DNA of 64,000 nucleotides. It comes from an uncultured Gemmatimonadaceae bacterium. GTDB taxonomy: Bacteria; Gemmatimonadota; Gemmatimonadetes; Gemmatimonadales; Gemmatimonadaceae. The DNA lies in the NCBI GenBank assembly GCA_963790305.1, contig CAWBOC010000009.1:704001-768000 (forward strand), in the 5' to 3' direction. Under the pieces are notes generated by a model. The model worked only from the letters and a program-made list of their open reading frames with translations. It was not told the origin of the DNA and did not search any database. The position numbers and the translations under genes were made by a program. Positions 1-10,045 of this stretch are shown here, one piece after another (positions within the stretch are counted from its first letter, which is position 1; every line of letters begins with the position of its first letter).

Positions 1-111
1 TTGGTTTCCTGCTTGTGGCCGCCATTATTGGCCGCACGTGAGCTCAATCCCGGTGGTCTCGCGGGCAAGGGTCGCGCGCAAGACACCCGCCGTAAGAATC
101 GTCCAGCGCCC

Positions 112-247
112 GCATAACTAGCGCTTGCAACCGGCAGGCGCGACGGTTAAGGAAGCCATCGCAGTTCGGTGCCTTCAAGTGCAACAGCAGGCGCGCGTCC
201 GCGCGCCTTTGAGTTGACCGCCTACAGTTGAATGGCGGGCGTTATGC
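112..247 (+). repeat. attC site, subfamily A
   Basis: GCATAAC-TAGCG-CTTGCAAC...CAGTTGAAT-GGCGGGC-GTTATGC. Confidence 0.9.
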
Positions 248-274
248 GGATGCCAAGCTTGTGCGCATGGTTAG

Positions 275-815
<541 letters not shown>

Positions 816-821
<6 letters not shown>

Positions 822-950
822 CTAGCTGTTGCACCTGGCAGGCGCGATGTTCAGGGGAAGCCATCACGTTCGAACCCTTCAAGTGCAACTGCGCAGGCGG
901 GCGTTGCGCGCCTTCTGGAAGATCGCCTGCAGGTGAACGCAGCGTTCTGC
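816..950 (+). repeat. attC site, subfamily A
   Basis: GCATAAC-TAGCT-GTTGCACCTGGCAGGCG...CGCCTGCAGGTGAAC-GCAGC-GTTCTGC. Confidence 0.92.
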
Positions 951-1110
951 GGACCGCGAGCATCGTTCGTAGGACGACGCTTCCGAATGTCCGGGATTCG
1001 ATCACGGACCACCTCGTACTAGAACACTCCACAGCGCTCAGCCGTTATCCGAATCGTTAATCGGTCGCTCACCGACCGGGTGCGTTTCTTCAAGCTTGCG
1101 GAGGCATGAT

Positions 1111-1578
1111 ATGACCACTCGAACTATTGCTACACTGCTGCTGCTGACCTGCGTTACAACCCACGCAAGCGCTCAGGCTGCGCGGCGGGACACCCTCGCA
1201 GAAGCACGCATCCGTGCCCTCGACAATGAAGAGCGCCTCGCGGCCCTCAACCAGGACTACACGGCGTTGGAGAGGCTTTGGTCCGAGCATTTTCTCGTCA
1301 ACGCGCCGTCCAACCGCATCTTGCCAAACCGGAACGCCGTTCTGGACTGGTTTCGCAAGGGAATGACGACGCGTTCATCCTACGACCGGAGGATCGAGCA
1401 CATCCGCGTTGATGGTGACATAGCAATTGTAATGGGCGAGGAGACAGTAACGCCGACCGCGAACGCGCCGCATGCGGGACAGGTGGTGCGTCGCCGGTTC
1501 ACCAACATTTGGAAGAAGGAAGGCGATACCTGGCGCCTATGGGCGCGCCACGCCAATGTGATCGCGGCACCGAATTAA
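1111..1578 (+). CDS. Secreted NTF2-like / DUF4440 protein
   Basis: Signal peptide; IRVDGDIAIVMGEE...RRFTNIWKKEGDTWRL. Confidence 0.8.
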   Translation: MTTRTIATLLLLTCVTTHASAQAARRDTLAEARIRALDNEERLAALNQDYTALERLWSEHFLVNAPSNRILPNRNAVLDWFRKGMTTRSSYDRRIEHIRVDGDIAIVMGEETVTPTANAPHAGQVVRRRFTNIWKKEGDTWRLWARHANVIAAPN

Positions 1579-1788
1579 CGAAGGAAAGGTCGCTCGGGGC
1601 ATGCCGAGGACGTCGAAGTCTATCCCGGTAACTCTCTACTTCTCGAGTTCATAGTGGGCCTTGAGCGGCTATGCGACTGGGTGGATAAGCGAGTCTCTAG
1701 TAACCCGCGCGAGAATCTTTAGGCGCGCTTCTCCGCGAGGTGCCTCACGCCCATCCCGTGCCGGAATAATCAGCATCGTTATGCCGCC

Positions 1789-1924
1789 GCATAACTACCC
1801 ACTGCACCTGACGAGCGCGATGTCCAAGGACGCCATCACATTTACGGCCTGTCGCGCTCGGCGCGACCGCGAGCACCCGTCTCCTGCGGAGCCGGACGCT
1901 CGCAGGTGAATGGGAGCGTTCTGC
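1789..1924 (+). repeat. attC site, subfamily B
   Basis: GCATAAC...GCACCTGACGAGCG...CGCTCGCAGGTGAA...GTTCTGC. Confidence 0.88.
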
Positions 1925-2340
1925 GGAACCGGGCCACACGGTTACCTTTATTGTCCATGCGACGCTTGACGGTAGGCGCAACACTCGCCCTCACTGCGTG
2001 CGCCACCCCCTTGCCCCCGAGCCACGCGGACACCAACCCCGTGGAGACGCGCCTCGCCCGACCGGCTCCTATCCAGCGCGCTCAGCTCACCTCCCGCAAC
2101 CGCAGCTCAACCCTACGGGCAGCCCTTTTTTGCTTGTCGTTCGCCCCTGCTGGACGCCCCTGCAACTCCAGTTGACCGACAATAGGCCTGATGACGTTAG
2201 GCTCTTCGTCGTTCGGCTCGCACCAACCGCGATCACTCCTTCTCATCATGGGCCGCTCACGCGATCGAACATGAAAAACTCTGAAAGCGTATCTCGTTTC
2301 GGGCGTCGCTGTGGGATGAGCGTCGTCGCCATCTCTATGC

Positions 2341-2691
2341 TTGGCGGCTATCTCATGCGGCCCTGGCCCACCTTCTCCTACGCTCTGTTCATTCCCGATG
2401 CACGTACGGACCACGCCGGGAACGGAACCGAAGTTCGATTGGGATGCGTGCGAAATGACCGTGCTTTTCGTCACCGTGGAAGGTTCCTCACCCCGTGAGT
2501 TTATGTGGTGGATCGAGACGACAGAAGGCGCTGAGCTGAGGTCGGGCGTCGTGTACGGGCATCCGCCCGAAGGGGCTGTGGAAGTGATCGCGCCTCGCAG
2601 CCTCGTTCGCGGCGAGACGTACGCTGTGCACGTCATGCATCAACCCGGCAGCGGGCGACAGGAGATTGGCGGCGGGGTATTCGGTTACTGA
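2341..2691 (+). CDS. Hypothetical (lipoprotein-like) cassette protein; start uncertain
   Basis: Protein-like composition in the C-terminal part; N-terminus may be frameshifted. Confidence 0.45.
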   Translation: MAAISCGPGPPSPTLCSFPMHVRTTPGTEPKFDWDACEMTVLFVTVEGSSPREFMWWIETTEGAELRSGVVYGHPPEGAVEVIAPRSLVRGETYAVHVMHQPGSGRQEIGGGVFGY

Positions 2692-3093
2692 CCGCGGCAT
2701 TGAGAGCGCAGCACCAGTTCTCTCTGCGTTAATACGCGGGGCGTGGGTTCGAGTCCCATCTTGGGAGTCATTGCACCGGAGTCTCCGACCCGCCGACGAG
2801 CACGCGCTCGAGGACCTTCTCGCGAGCAGCCGCGAGCACGAACATCACTAGCGCGTCCCCAGCACCGCGAACAACCTGATCGGACTCGTGTGGTTGGGTT
2901 CGGGTCGAATTGAGCGGGCGGAATGGAATGCTACTTTTTTTGTTATTCCATCGCTGTACGCAGCGTTAGCCGGCGCAATACTTTGGTACGCGGCACATAC
3001 ATCATTGGTGCATTGCCGCTTACGGTGGGGTGTTCCATAGTGAGGACAGCGGCCTACGCTTCGTGTGCCGCGAAAACTTGCTGCAGAATAGGC

Positions 3094-3721
3094 GTTATGC
3101 GGCTACAGGCTATGACTCAAGTCGAACCGGGGCCTACTCAGCTGAGAATACGCATTGCGGGCGTGGAGTGCGCGTGACCTCCTATGTGTGCGAATCGTTT
3201 CTCAATACCGTATGACACACCGTTGCTCTACGGCCGCACGCTTCCTCTTAGCGACGCTGTTGAATGCGGGCCTCCTTCTGGTTCGGAGGCTGGCTGAGTG
3301 CCCGTGGGCGCCCTGGCAACAATGGGTCTTCGGCCTGCCCTATTTCCTCGCATGCTGTTCCTCCTGCCGATCCTGCTCCTCGCGCCTCGGGGTCCGCGCA
3401 CTGCCCGACCCCGTGAGTATCGTCACAGCCAGTGCGCTCTCCTACCTTCTTGCTGGTGCCGTTGACTGTCTACCTGGCGTACGTACTTCTTCGCCAGGGC
3501 CGCCAAGGGTAGCATTCACCGTGGGCGGTCGTAGATGCTGCTTTTGCTTGCCGGCGCACTATCTCTGGGCTGGATTGGCTTCATGTTGTATCACGCCTTC
3601 CTCTCGTTCGCCCGCAAGAAACGTCGCAGCGCTAAGTTAACCTCACCGCACCCTTCGGTGCCTGGAAAGCAGATGCCATGGCGATCACTTGCGGGACAAT
3701 TCACGAAGGCGCCTGCATAAC
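3094..3721 (+). pseudogene. Degraded cassette, probably a fragmented membrane protein gene
   Basis: Orphan R' GTTATGCGGC at 3094 nearly complements GCCTGCATAAC at 3711-3721; hydrophobic ORF pieces in different frames (e.g. 3535-3720). Confidence 0.45.
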
Positions 3722-3850
3722 TAGCATGTTGCACCTGACGAGCGCGATGTTTAAGGTAGCCATCACATTTCACCGCCGTCGCGCTCCGCGCGACAGCGAG
3801 CACCCGTCTCCTTCGGAGACGGACGCTCGCAGGTGAACGCAGCGTTATAC
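3715..3850 (+). repeat. attC site, subfamily B
   Basis: GCATAAC...GCACCTGACGAGCG...CGCTCGCAGGTGAAC-GCAGC-GTTATAC. Confidence 0.9.
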
Positions 3851-4161
3851 AGACGGCCAGGCATTCAACCGCCAGGAACAGCACGACGACTTAATTGTTG
3901 GCTCCTCGCGCTCTCGTAAGTGCGACGCACCAAGCGCCGCTCGTGGAGCGCGGTGCGAGTTCGCGCACCACGAGGTGTCATTGATTTCGACCGCGATAGC
4001 TCCGCCGGACACGCTGCTGGCGGCACAAGCGGTCGGCCGTTCGGAATTCTGTGCGGCCACGGTGGGACAACTCGTCATGCACGCTCTTGCAGTGCACCGC
4101 CCTGCCGCACATTGTGGAGTCCGCGCTCAGCGCACGTAGCGCCGGTGATTCGGAGTGGGCT
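3845..4161. other. Gene-less cassette
   Basis: Ends GTTATACAG / CTGTATAAC are complementary; no convincing ORF; hairpin at 3940-3974. Confidence 0.7.
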
Positions 4162-4296
4162 GTATAACTAGCTGTTGCAACTGGCAGGCGCGACGTCCAA
4201 GGAAGCCATCACAGTTCGTGTGCTTCAAGCGCAGCAGGAAAGCGCGCTATCGCGCGCTTTTGAGCAAGCCGCCTGCAGTTGAACGCAGCGTTCTGC
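4162..4296 (+). repeat. attC site, subfamily A
   Basis: GTATAAC-TAGCT-GTTGCAACTGGCAGGCG...CGCCTGCAGTTGAAC-GCAGC-GTTCTGC. Confidence 0.92.
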
Positions 4297-4389
4297 CGAC
4301 GCGCGGTCGTCAGTTCCACGCGCTTCTCGCGACCGGCGTTGATGCAGGCCAAGACTCCCCTAACCATTTGGCGTACTCGCGCTCCGGCA

Positions 4390-5000
4390 ATGCCACAATG
4401 TCGTGAGACAGTAAGAAGCCAGCACGTTAGCGCGTCCACCCTGATTCGGGTGGGTCTCACACTGCTGATCGCACTTGCCGTCGCCGGCTGCGAGCAGCGG
4501 CAGGACGCCAGTCGAGCAGCGTCCAGCGGGGATAGTCAACGAACGACGGCCACTCTCCGACTCCCTACCCATTCGACGACTCGAGCCATCGATTGCAGGG
4601 ATCTACCGTTTCAATAGCGGTATTCCCGACAGCACGTTTACCACCGTACGCGACGTAGTTCGTCTGGGAGGACATGTGGCGTCGATTGAGCGCACAACAC
4701 AGGCCGGTTCGGTCGCCTCCGCCTGTCGACTTCCAAAAGGAGATGGCAGTGGTCGCGACCCTGGGCGAGAGACGCACCACCGGCTACGTGATCACTATCG
4801 AGGCCGTGAGCGACCGCGGTGCATACCTCGAGGCTCACATATGGCGTCGCGCGCCCGGACGGGATTGCGGCGTAGGCGGAATGGTCACCGCGCCTGCAGA
4901 CGTTGCCATTGTTCCGCGACGCGAGGTGGAGGTCCGCGTGCTCACGCATGATCGTGTAACGGACTGTAGTAGGCGTCGTGAGCCCGACCTCCGTAACTGA
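4390..5000 (+). pseudogene. PrcB C-terminal-like lipoprotein, split by two frameshifts; start uncertain
   Basis: Lipobox LAVAGC in frame 4279; YRFNSGIPDS in frame 4475; PPPVDFQKEMAVVATLGERRTTGYVITI in frame 4674. Confidence 0.65.
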
Positions 5001-5059
5001 GCGGTCGCCCGCGTGGCGAGTTGATGGCGCGGGTCGGCGACGTGGCCTGGAAGGGCGCG

Positions 5060-5198
5060 GCAGAACTAACCGTAGCACCTGACGAGCGCGAGTGTTAAGG
5101 TAGCCATTGCATTTAACCGCATGTCGCGCTCCGCTCGACACGAGCGCCCGCACGCTTCGCGCGAAGATCGCTCGCAGGTGAACGGTATAGCGTTCTGC
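5060..5198 (+). repeat. attC site, subfamily B
   Basis: GCAGAAC-TAACCGTAGCACCTGACGAGCG...CGCTCGCAGGTGAACGGTATAGC-GTTCTGC. Confidence 0.92.
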
Positions 5199-5451
5199 AG
5201 ACGCGCGGCCGTCTGTTCCACGCGCTTCGCGCAAGCGGCTGATCGAAAGGGCGAGTGGCTTTCTTAATCATTGAGGACTGAAAGCGCCGATCGCCACGAA
5301 GGACGCGTCTTGAGTCCCTTCCTTAGCAAAACGATCGCGATCACGCCGCGGCGGGTGGATGGTCCGAGGACTCGTCCCAGAAAAACACCGGCGAGCAAAC
5401 GCGGCGAACGAGTTGGTGGCGCGGGCCGACGGCGTGGCCAAGAAAGGCGCG
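5193..5451. other. Gene-less cassette, family X copy 1
   Basis: No credible ORF; shares end blocks and an internal motif with 7518-7754. Confidence 0.75.
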
Positions 5452-5591
5452 GCAGAACTGACCGTAGCACCTGACGAGCGCGAGTGTTAAGGTAGCCATC
5501 ACGTTTGAACCCCTTCTCGCGCTGCGCGCGAGGCTGAGCGCCCCGCCCCTTCGGGGCAGACCGCTCGCAGGTGAACGGTATGGCGTTCTGC
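5452..5591 (+). repeat. attC site, subfamily B
   Basis: Near-identical to 7755-7894. Confidence 0.92.
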
Positions 5592-5611
5592 AGCTTCACT
5601 AGCTTTGTCGC

Positions 5612-6043
5612 ATGGACGTTTCGGCCACACTCCAACTAGGCGTCGAGATTCTCACGCCGGTACTCGCGCCCCACGGCTTTCACTTCGAGTTCCGAGAATC
5701 CGACAAGGGGAGCGGGGGGCATTTCGCCTGGGGCCAGTTCGTCCGCGGTGATCGCCGCCTCGAGCTGCACTTCCGGCACGCCCTCGGCTTAGTCACGTAT
5801 CACCTGGGCGACGTCGTTCTCACCCATGAAGACTTTATGCGGGTGGCGCTTGGTGGCGCGCGGGAGAATGCCTATCCCGGATTCTCGAATGACCCGCTCG
5901 ACGGGTTTCGTCACCTCCGACACGATCTCGAGCGCTTTGCTGCCGCCTTCCTCGCAGGCACCGACGCTCAATTCAAGGCGATCGTGGACCAGGCGCGCTT
6001 GCATCCACCCGCGCGCGGCTTGCGGGCGATAGATCGCGCATAA
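5612..6043 (+). CDS. Hypothetical cassette protein
   Basis: Single ORF filling a cassette bounded by 12-bp complementary ends GTTCTGCAGCTT / AAGCTGCAGAAC. Confidence 0.8.
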   Translation: MDVSATLQLGVEILTPVLAPHGFHFEFRESDKGSGGHFAWGQFVRGDRRLELHFRHALGLVTYHLGDVVLTHEDFMRVALGGARENAYPGFSNDPLDGFRHLRHDLERFAAAFLAGTDAQFKAIVDQARLHPPARGLRAIDRA

Positions 6044-6047
6044 AGCT

Positions 6048-6184
6048 GCAGAACTAACGGTTGCAACCGTCAGGCGCGACGGCCAGGGTAGCCATCGCAG
6101 TTCGTGTGCTTGAAGTGCTACGGCAAAGCGCACTATCGTGCGCTTTCAAGAGCGCCGCCTGCAGTTGAACCGCGCGCGTTCTGC
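6048..6184 (+). repeat. attC site, subfamily A
   Basis: GCAGAAC...GTTCTGC; near-identical to 6767-6903. Confidence 0.92.
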
Positions 6185-6265
6185 GGATGCTAGAGTCCGT
6201 CCCGACTTTGAGGTGGCTGGCCGTCGCGCTCCGTGGCATATTCCAGCTTCTCCCGACCCCGTCTC

Positions 6266-6457
6266 ATGGATATCAAGGCCGAAGCACGACGCCTCATCGA
6301 TCAGCTCCCCGACGACGCCACATGGGATGATCTCATGTATGAGATCTACGTCCGCCAGGCCATCAATGCCGGGCTCGCCGACGTCGAGGCCGGCCGCGTC
6401 ATCCCGCACGAGGAAGTCCGCTCCCGCCTCGGCCTCGGGAAGAAGCGCTCGGCGTAG
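6266..6457 (+). CDS. Antitoxin of RelE/ParE-type TA pair
   Basis: IDQLPDDATWDDLMYEIYVRQAINAGLADVEAGRVIPHEEV; abuts the toxin. Confidence 0.85.
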   Translation: MDIKAEARRLIDQLPDDATWDDLMYEIYVRQAINAGLADVEAGRVIPHEEVRSRLGLGKKRSA

Positions 6458-6744
6458 TGCGTGTCCTTTGGTCGGAAGGGGCGCTCCAACACCTCGCGGC
6501 CATCTATCAGTACATCGCGCAAACGTCGCCCGTCTACGCCGAAGGCGTTGTCGACCGCATTTGGCACCGGAGTGGACAACTCGGAGAGTTCCCTGACTCC
6601 GGCCGCGAGGTCCCTGAGTACAAGCGACCAGACATTCGCGAGATCATCCAGGGGTCCTATCGCGTGATCTACCGACGAGGCAGCGACGCGATTCAGGTTC
6701 TCGCCGTCATCCACGGCGCGCGCCGCTTGCCTCCGCTCCGTTGA
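6457..6744 (+). CDS. RelE/ParE family toxin
   Basis: VLWSEGALQHLAAIYQYIA...FPDSGREVPE...IREII-GSYRVIYR...IQVLAVIHGAR. Confidence 0.9.
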   Translation: MRVLWSEGALQHLAAIYQYIAQTSPVYAEGVVDRIWHRSGQLGEFPDSGREVPEYKRPDIREIIQGSYRVIYRRGSDAIQVLAVIHGARRLPPLR

Positions 6745-6766
6745 TGTCGACATCGCCAACGGCACC

Positions 6767-6903
6767 GCAGAACTAACGGTTGCAACTGTCAGGCGCGACT
6801 GTTAGGGTAGCCATCGCAGTTCGTGTGCTTCAAGTGCAACGGCCAAGCGCACTGTCGTGCGCTTTCAAGAGCGCCGCCTGCAGTTGAACCGTGGGCGTTC
6901 TGC
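6767..6903 (+). repeat. attC site, subfamily A
   Basis: GCAGAAC...CGCCTGCAGTTGAAC...GTTCTGC. Confidence 0.92.
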
Positions 6904-6973
6904 GTACACCGAGCCCCGTTCGAAATTGTAGCTTCGTAGCCTCGCGGTTCGTACCCACTGACGCGCTTCGCTT

Positions 6974-7360
6974 ATGCCTCAGGATCGCAAGACCGGTGCA
7001 GCCGGCAATCAGTTCGGCCACGAGAACGCACCGAAGATCGCCGAGGCAATTGGTGCTACTCTCACGCGCGACGGTACTAACGAGGCCATGTGGGAAGGCA
7101 AGCGCGCAGTAATCAAATCCGCTCGAAAAAACACCTCGAGCGTCGGTGTCACCTATTCCATGCTCGACACTCTAGACGTCGTCATCGCGGCCTTTCAGCA
7201 CAGAACCGGCCCTTATGATGTCTACGTTCTTCCCGCTGCCCGATTTGCCGAGCTGGCTGTCGATAGCCGCAGCAGCGGTGCCGCTGGTGGCGTCGGTATC
7301 GTGTCGCGAAAGGCATTTATGGAGGAAGGAAAACGCATTAAGGTAGTGCGAGCCTCCTAG
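6974..7360 (+). CDS. Hypothetical cassette protein
   Basis: Single ORF; cassette ends GTTCTGCGT / ACGCAGAAC are complementary. Confidence 0.75.
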   Translation: MPQDRKTGAAGNQFGHENAPKIAEAIGATLTRDGTNEAMWEGKRAVIKSARKNTSSVGVTYSMLDTLDVVIAAFQHRTGPYDVYVLPAARFAELAVDSRSSGAAGGVGIVSRKAFMEEGKRIKVVRAS

Positions 7361-7388
7361 CTCGACGTTAGGGCTCACCGCGCCTGAC

Positions 7389-7523
7389 GCAGAACTAGCT
7401 GTTGCACCTGTCCGGCGCGATGTTCAAGGAAACCATCACGTTTGATCGCCTTCAAGAGCAACTGCAAAGGCGGGCGTTCGCCCGCCTTTGCAAAGCCGCC
7501 TGCAGGTGAACGCGGCGTTATGC
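7389..7523 (+). repeat. attC site, subfamily A
   Basis: GCAGAAC-TAGCT-GTTGCACCTG...CAGGTGAAC-GCGGC-GTTATGC. Confidence 0.92.
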
Positions 7524-7754
7524 CGACGCGCAGCAGTCACGTCCACGCGCTTCTCGCGGCCGGCATTCGTGAAAAGAACGGCACTTTCTTTTGAACGTCA
7601 CGCTGCTTGAGCTCCGCGCACGACGGCCACGTAGGCTTCGCCATCACGCCGCAGCGGGTGGACTCTTGCAGCTCCCAGCGCGGCAAGACGGTGCAGTTCG
7701 CGTTAGCTAGTCAGCTTGGTGGCGCGCTTCGGCTGCGTGGCCAACAAAGGCGCG
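7518..7754. other. Gene-less cassette, family X copy 2
   Basis: Ends GTTATGCCG / CGGCATAAC; homologous blocks to 5193-5451. Confidence 0.75.
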
Positions 7755-7894
7755 GCATAACCAACCGTAGCACCTGACGAGCGCGAGTGTTAAGGTAGCC
7801 ATCGCGTTTGAACCCCTTCTCGCGCTGTCGCGCGAGACAAGCGCCCTGCCCCTTCGGGGCAGACCGCTCGCAGGTGAACGGTATAGCGTTATGC
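7755..7894 (+). repeat. attC site, subfamily B
   Basis: GCATAAC-CAACCGTAGCACCTGACGAGCG...GTTATGC. Confidence 0.92.
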
Positions 7895-8027
7895 AGCGAC
7901 CGAGGTCATCGTGTCGACCGGCTCGTCGCCCCGCATGATACAAGCTGGAGACAGGCTTAGTGATCGCGATTTCCTGGAGTCAAACCGGCGAGACGGAAGA
8001 CGCGGAGGTGGTTCCGTTACCACGCAA

Positions 8028-8510
8028 TCACGAGCTTTTTCGTGTCAACTGTACCACCTGCGTACTCGGGCGCCCCGCTGCCGTAGCGCGGTAGATCAGA
8101 TCGACCCGGTCGTCACTCAAGAAGACCAGTTCCAGGTTCGTCGTATGATAAGCCTGCGGATGCGAAAGGTTCGTAATGTCGTACATCGTGAACGTGATCT
8201 TGCTGTCGCTCAGCGTCTCCAGACGCATGCGCGGCTGGTTGCCGCGCGCGCAATAGTGTGTGAGCGTAAGCTTGTCGCCGTCCAGTTTGAAGATCGTGAG
8301 TTGCCCGGCTTCGTCCTGGATGAGCGTCTTGCCGCCGTCCGTCACCCGGTACGTCGTGACACCCCGTGATCCGCCACCACTCATGCTCCAGCTGCCGGTA
8401 AGCCCTTTGAGGCGGTCGAAGCCCGTGCGGCCGTCAAGCTGCTGGCTTTGGGCTGTTGCCGCTTGCGATAACGTCACGAGTGCCGCCAGACAAATCGTCT
8501 TCGCCAGCAT
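8028..8510 (-). CDS. Secreted hypothetical protein, inverted within its cassette
   Basis: GGAGG RBS, signal peptide MLAKTICLAALV, THYCARGNQPRMR motif. Confidence 0.75.
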   Translation of the reverse strand: MLAKTICLAALVTLSQAATAQSQQLDGRTGFDRLKGLTGSWSMSGGGSRGVTTYRVTDGGKTLIQDEAGQLTIFKLDGDKLTLTHYCARGNQPRMRLETLSDSKITFTMYDITNLSHPQAYHTTNLELVFLSDDRVDLIYRATAAGRPSTQVVQLTRKSS

Positions 8511-8673
8511 GCTGGTGCCTCCGATTTGGTAGTTACATGCCACTGCCTCATTGAATCCGACACCTTCGGGAACGGAGAGGTTGCCCTTTGACAACGAACA
8601 GGTATCCGCTACCAAGTCGCTGAAGGGTGCGATGGGTCTCTCACACTACGTAGGGAGTGGGTACCGCCGGGCT

Positions 8674-8806
8674 GCATAACTAGCTGCTGCAACTGTCAGG
8701 CGCGATGTTCAATGAGGCCATTGCGGTTGGTCGCCTTTAAGTTCAACTGCACGGCGCGCGTAGCCCGCCTTCGAAGAGCCGCCTGCAGTTGAGCGCGGCG
8801 TTATGC
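8674..8806 (+). repeat. attC site, subfamily A
   Basis: GCATAAC...CGCCTGCAGTTGAGC-GCGGC-GTTATGC. Confidence 0.9.
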
Positions 8807-8940
8807 GCGACACCAAGCTCCTTTTTTGCGTCGAGTCTTTCGTGACGTCGAGTACTTCGTCGAATACGCTCTTCACGAAGGAACCGCCTGGGGGCGTCAG
8901 CATTCTTCTTTCAGGCAACTATCGAGGCGGAGGTTCGGAC

Positions 8941-9411
8941 GTGTATCTGGCAATGAAGACTCTGCATGTCCTCGCGGTCGTTCTCTTCCTGGGGAACATC
9001 ATCACCGGCATCTTTTGGAAGGTCCACGGCGACCGGACCGCCGACCCGCGGATTATCGCGCACACTCTTGAAGGCATTATCCGCAGTGACCGGTGGTTCA
9101 CCATTCCCGGGGTGGTACTCATCCTCGGGTTCGGGGTGGGGGCCGCCGTCATCGGTGGGCTTCCGATCTTGGGCACCGGTTGGATTTGGCAGTCGATCGC
9201 CCTCTTTGCGGTCTCGGGACTGGCCTTCATGCTGCAGGTGGCGCCCCTACAGCGCCGCCTCCAAGCGTTGGCCTCGGTTGGAGTGGGCGGCGGGCCCTGG
9301 GACCAGGTGGCGTACCGCCGACTCTCGCGCCGGTGGGAACTCTGGGGAGTCGTGGCCCTTGTGACGCCTCTGGCGGCCTTGGTCTTGATGGTCTACAAGC
9401 CTAGCCCGTGA
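8941..9411 (+). CDS. DUF2269 family membrane protein
   Basis: KTLHVLAVVLFLGNIITGIFWK...DRWFTIPG...LMVYKP; GGAGG before GTG start. Confidence 0.85.
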   Translation: MYLAMKTLHVLAVVLFLGNIITGIFWKVHGDRTADPRIIAHTLEGIIRSDRWFTIPGVVLILGFGVGAAVIGGLPILGTGWIWQSIALFAVSGLAFMLQVAPLQRRLQALASVGVGGGPWDQVAYRRLSRRWELWGVVALVTPLAALVLMVYKPSP

Positions 9412-9420
9412 GCGCGCGAT

Positions 9421-9441
9421 GCATAATGAGCAGCGTTATGC
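9421..9441 (+). repeat. Collapsed attC remnant
   Basis: GCATAAT-GAGCAGC-GTTATGC; only the R boxes remain. Confidence 0.65.
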
Positions 9442-9498
9442 GACTACCAATGTCTCGTCAGCCAGACCCGACGAATCCTCCGACCAAGGAGTTGAGGA

Positions 9499-10035
9499 AT
9501 GGTGGCTTTAGGGGCACGGGAAGAGGCGGTCATTCGGAAGCACAGAGCGTCGGCGAAGAAAGCGGCGAGTACGCGGACGCGTCGCGCGGCTGGCAGAAAG
9601 GCAGCCACAGCCAGCAGCACACCATCCGTCATTCCGATGATCTCTTACGAGGATGGGATCGCGGCTTTGGAATGGCTTGCCAAGGCCTTCGGGTTTCGGG
9701 AGACGTCACGTGTCACAGGGCCGGACGGGAGGCTGTCGCACGGCGAGATGGAAGCAGGCGACGGATTGATCATGCTAGCGTCTCCCACACCTGACTACCG
9801 TAGTCCGAAACGCCATCGGGAGATTTGCGAGCAGGCGCGTATCTGGTCGGCGGTGCCATGGATTATCGACGGTGTGCTCGTTTACGTAGACGACCTCGAT
9901 CGACACTTCAAACGAGCAAAAGCAGCAGGTGCGACGATCCTTTCTGATATTCAGGAGGGGCCGCCTGGCCGGCGATATCGGGCGGAAGATCTCGAAGGGC
10001 ATCGTTGGTTCTTTTTCGACAGCGACGAAAAATGA
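9499..10035 (+). CDS. VOC / glyoxalase (PhnB-like) protein
   Basis: IPMISYED--AALEWLAKAFG...HGEM...YVDDLDRHFKRAKAAGA...YRAEDLEGHRW. Confidence 0.85.
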   Translation: MVALGAREEAVIRKHRASAKKAASTRTRRAAGRKAATASSTPSVIPMISYEDGIAALEWLAKAFGFRETSRVTGPDGRLSHGEMEAGDGLIMLASPTPDYRSPKRHREICEQARIWSAVPWIIDGVLVYVDDLDRHFKRAKAAGATILSDIQEGPPGRRYRAEDLEGHRWFFFDSDEK

Positions 10036-10045
10036 AGCCTTGGCT

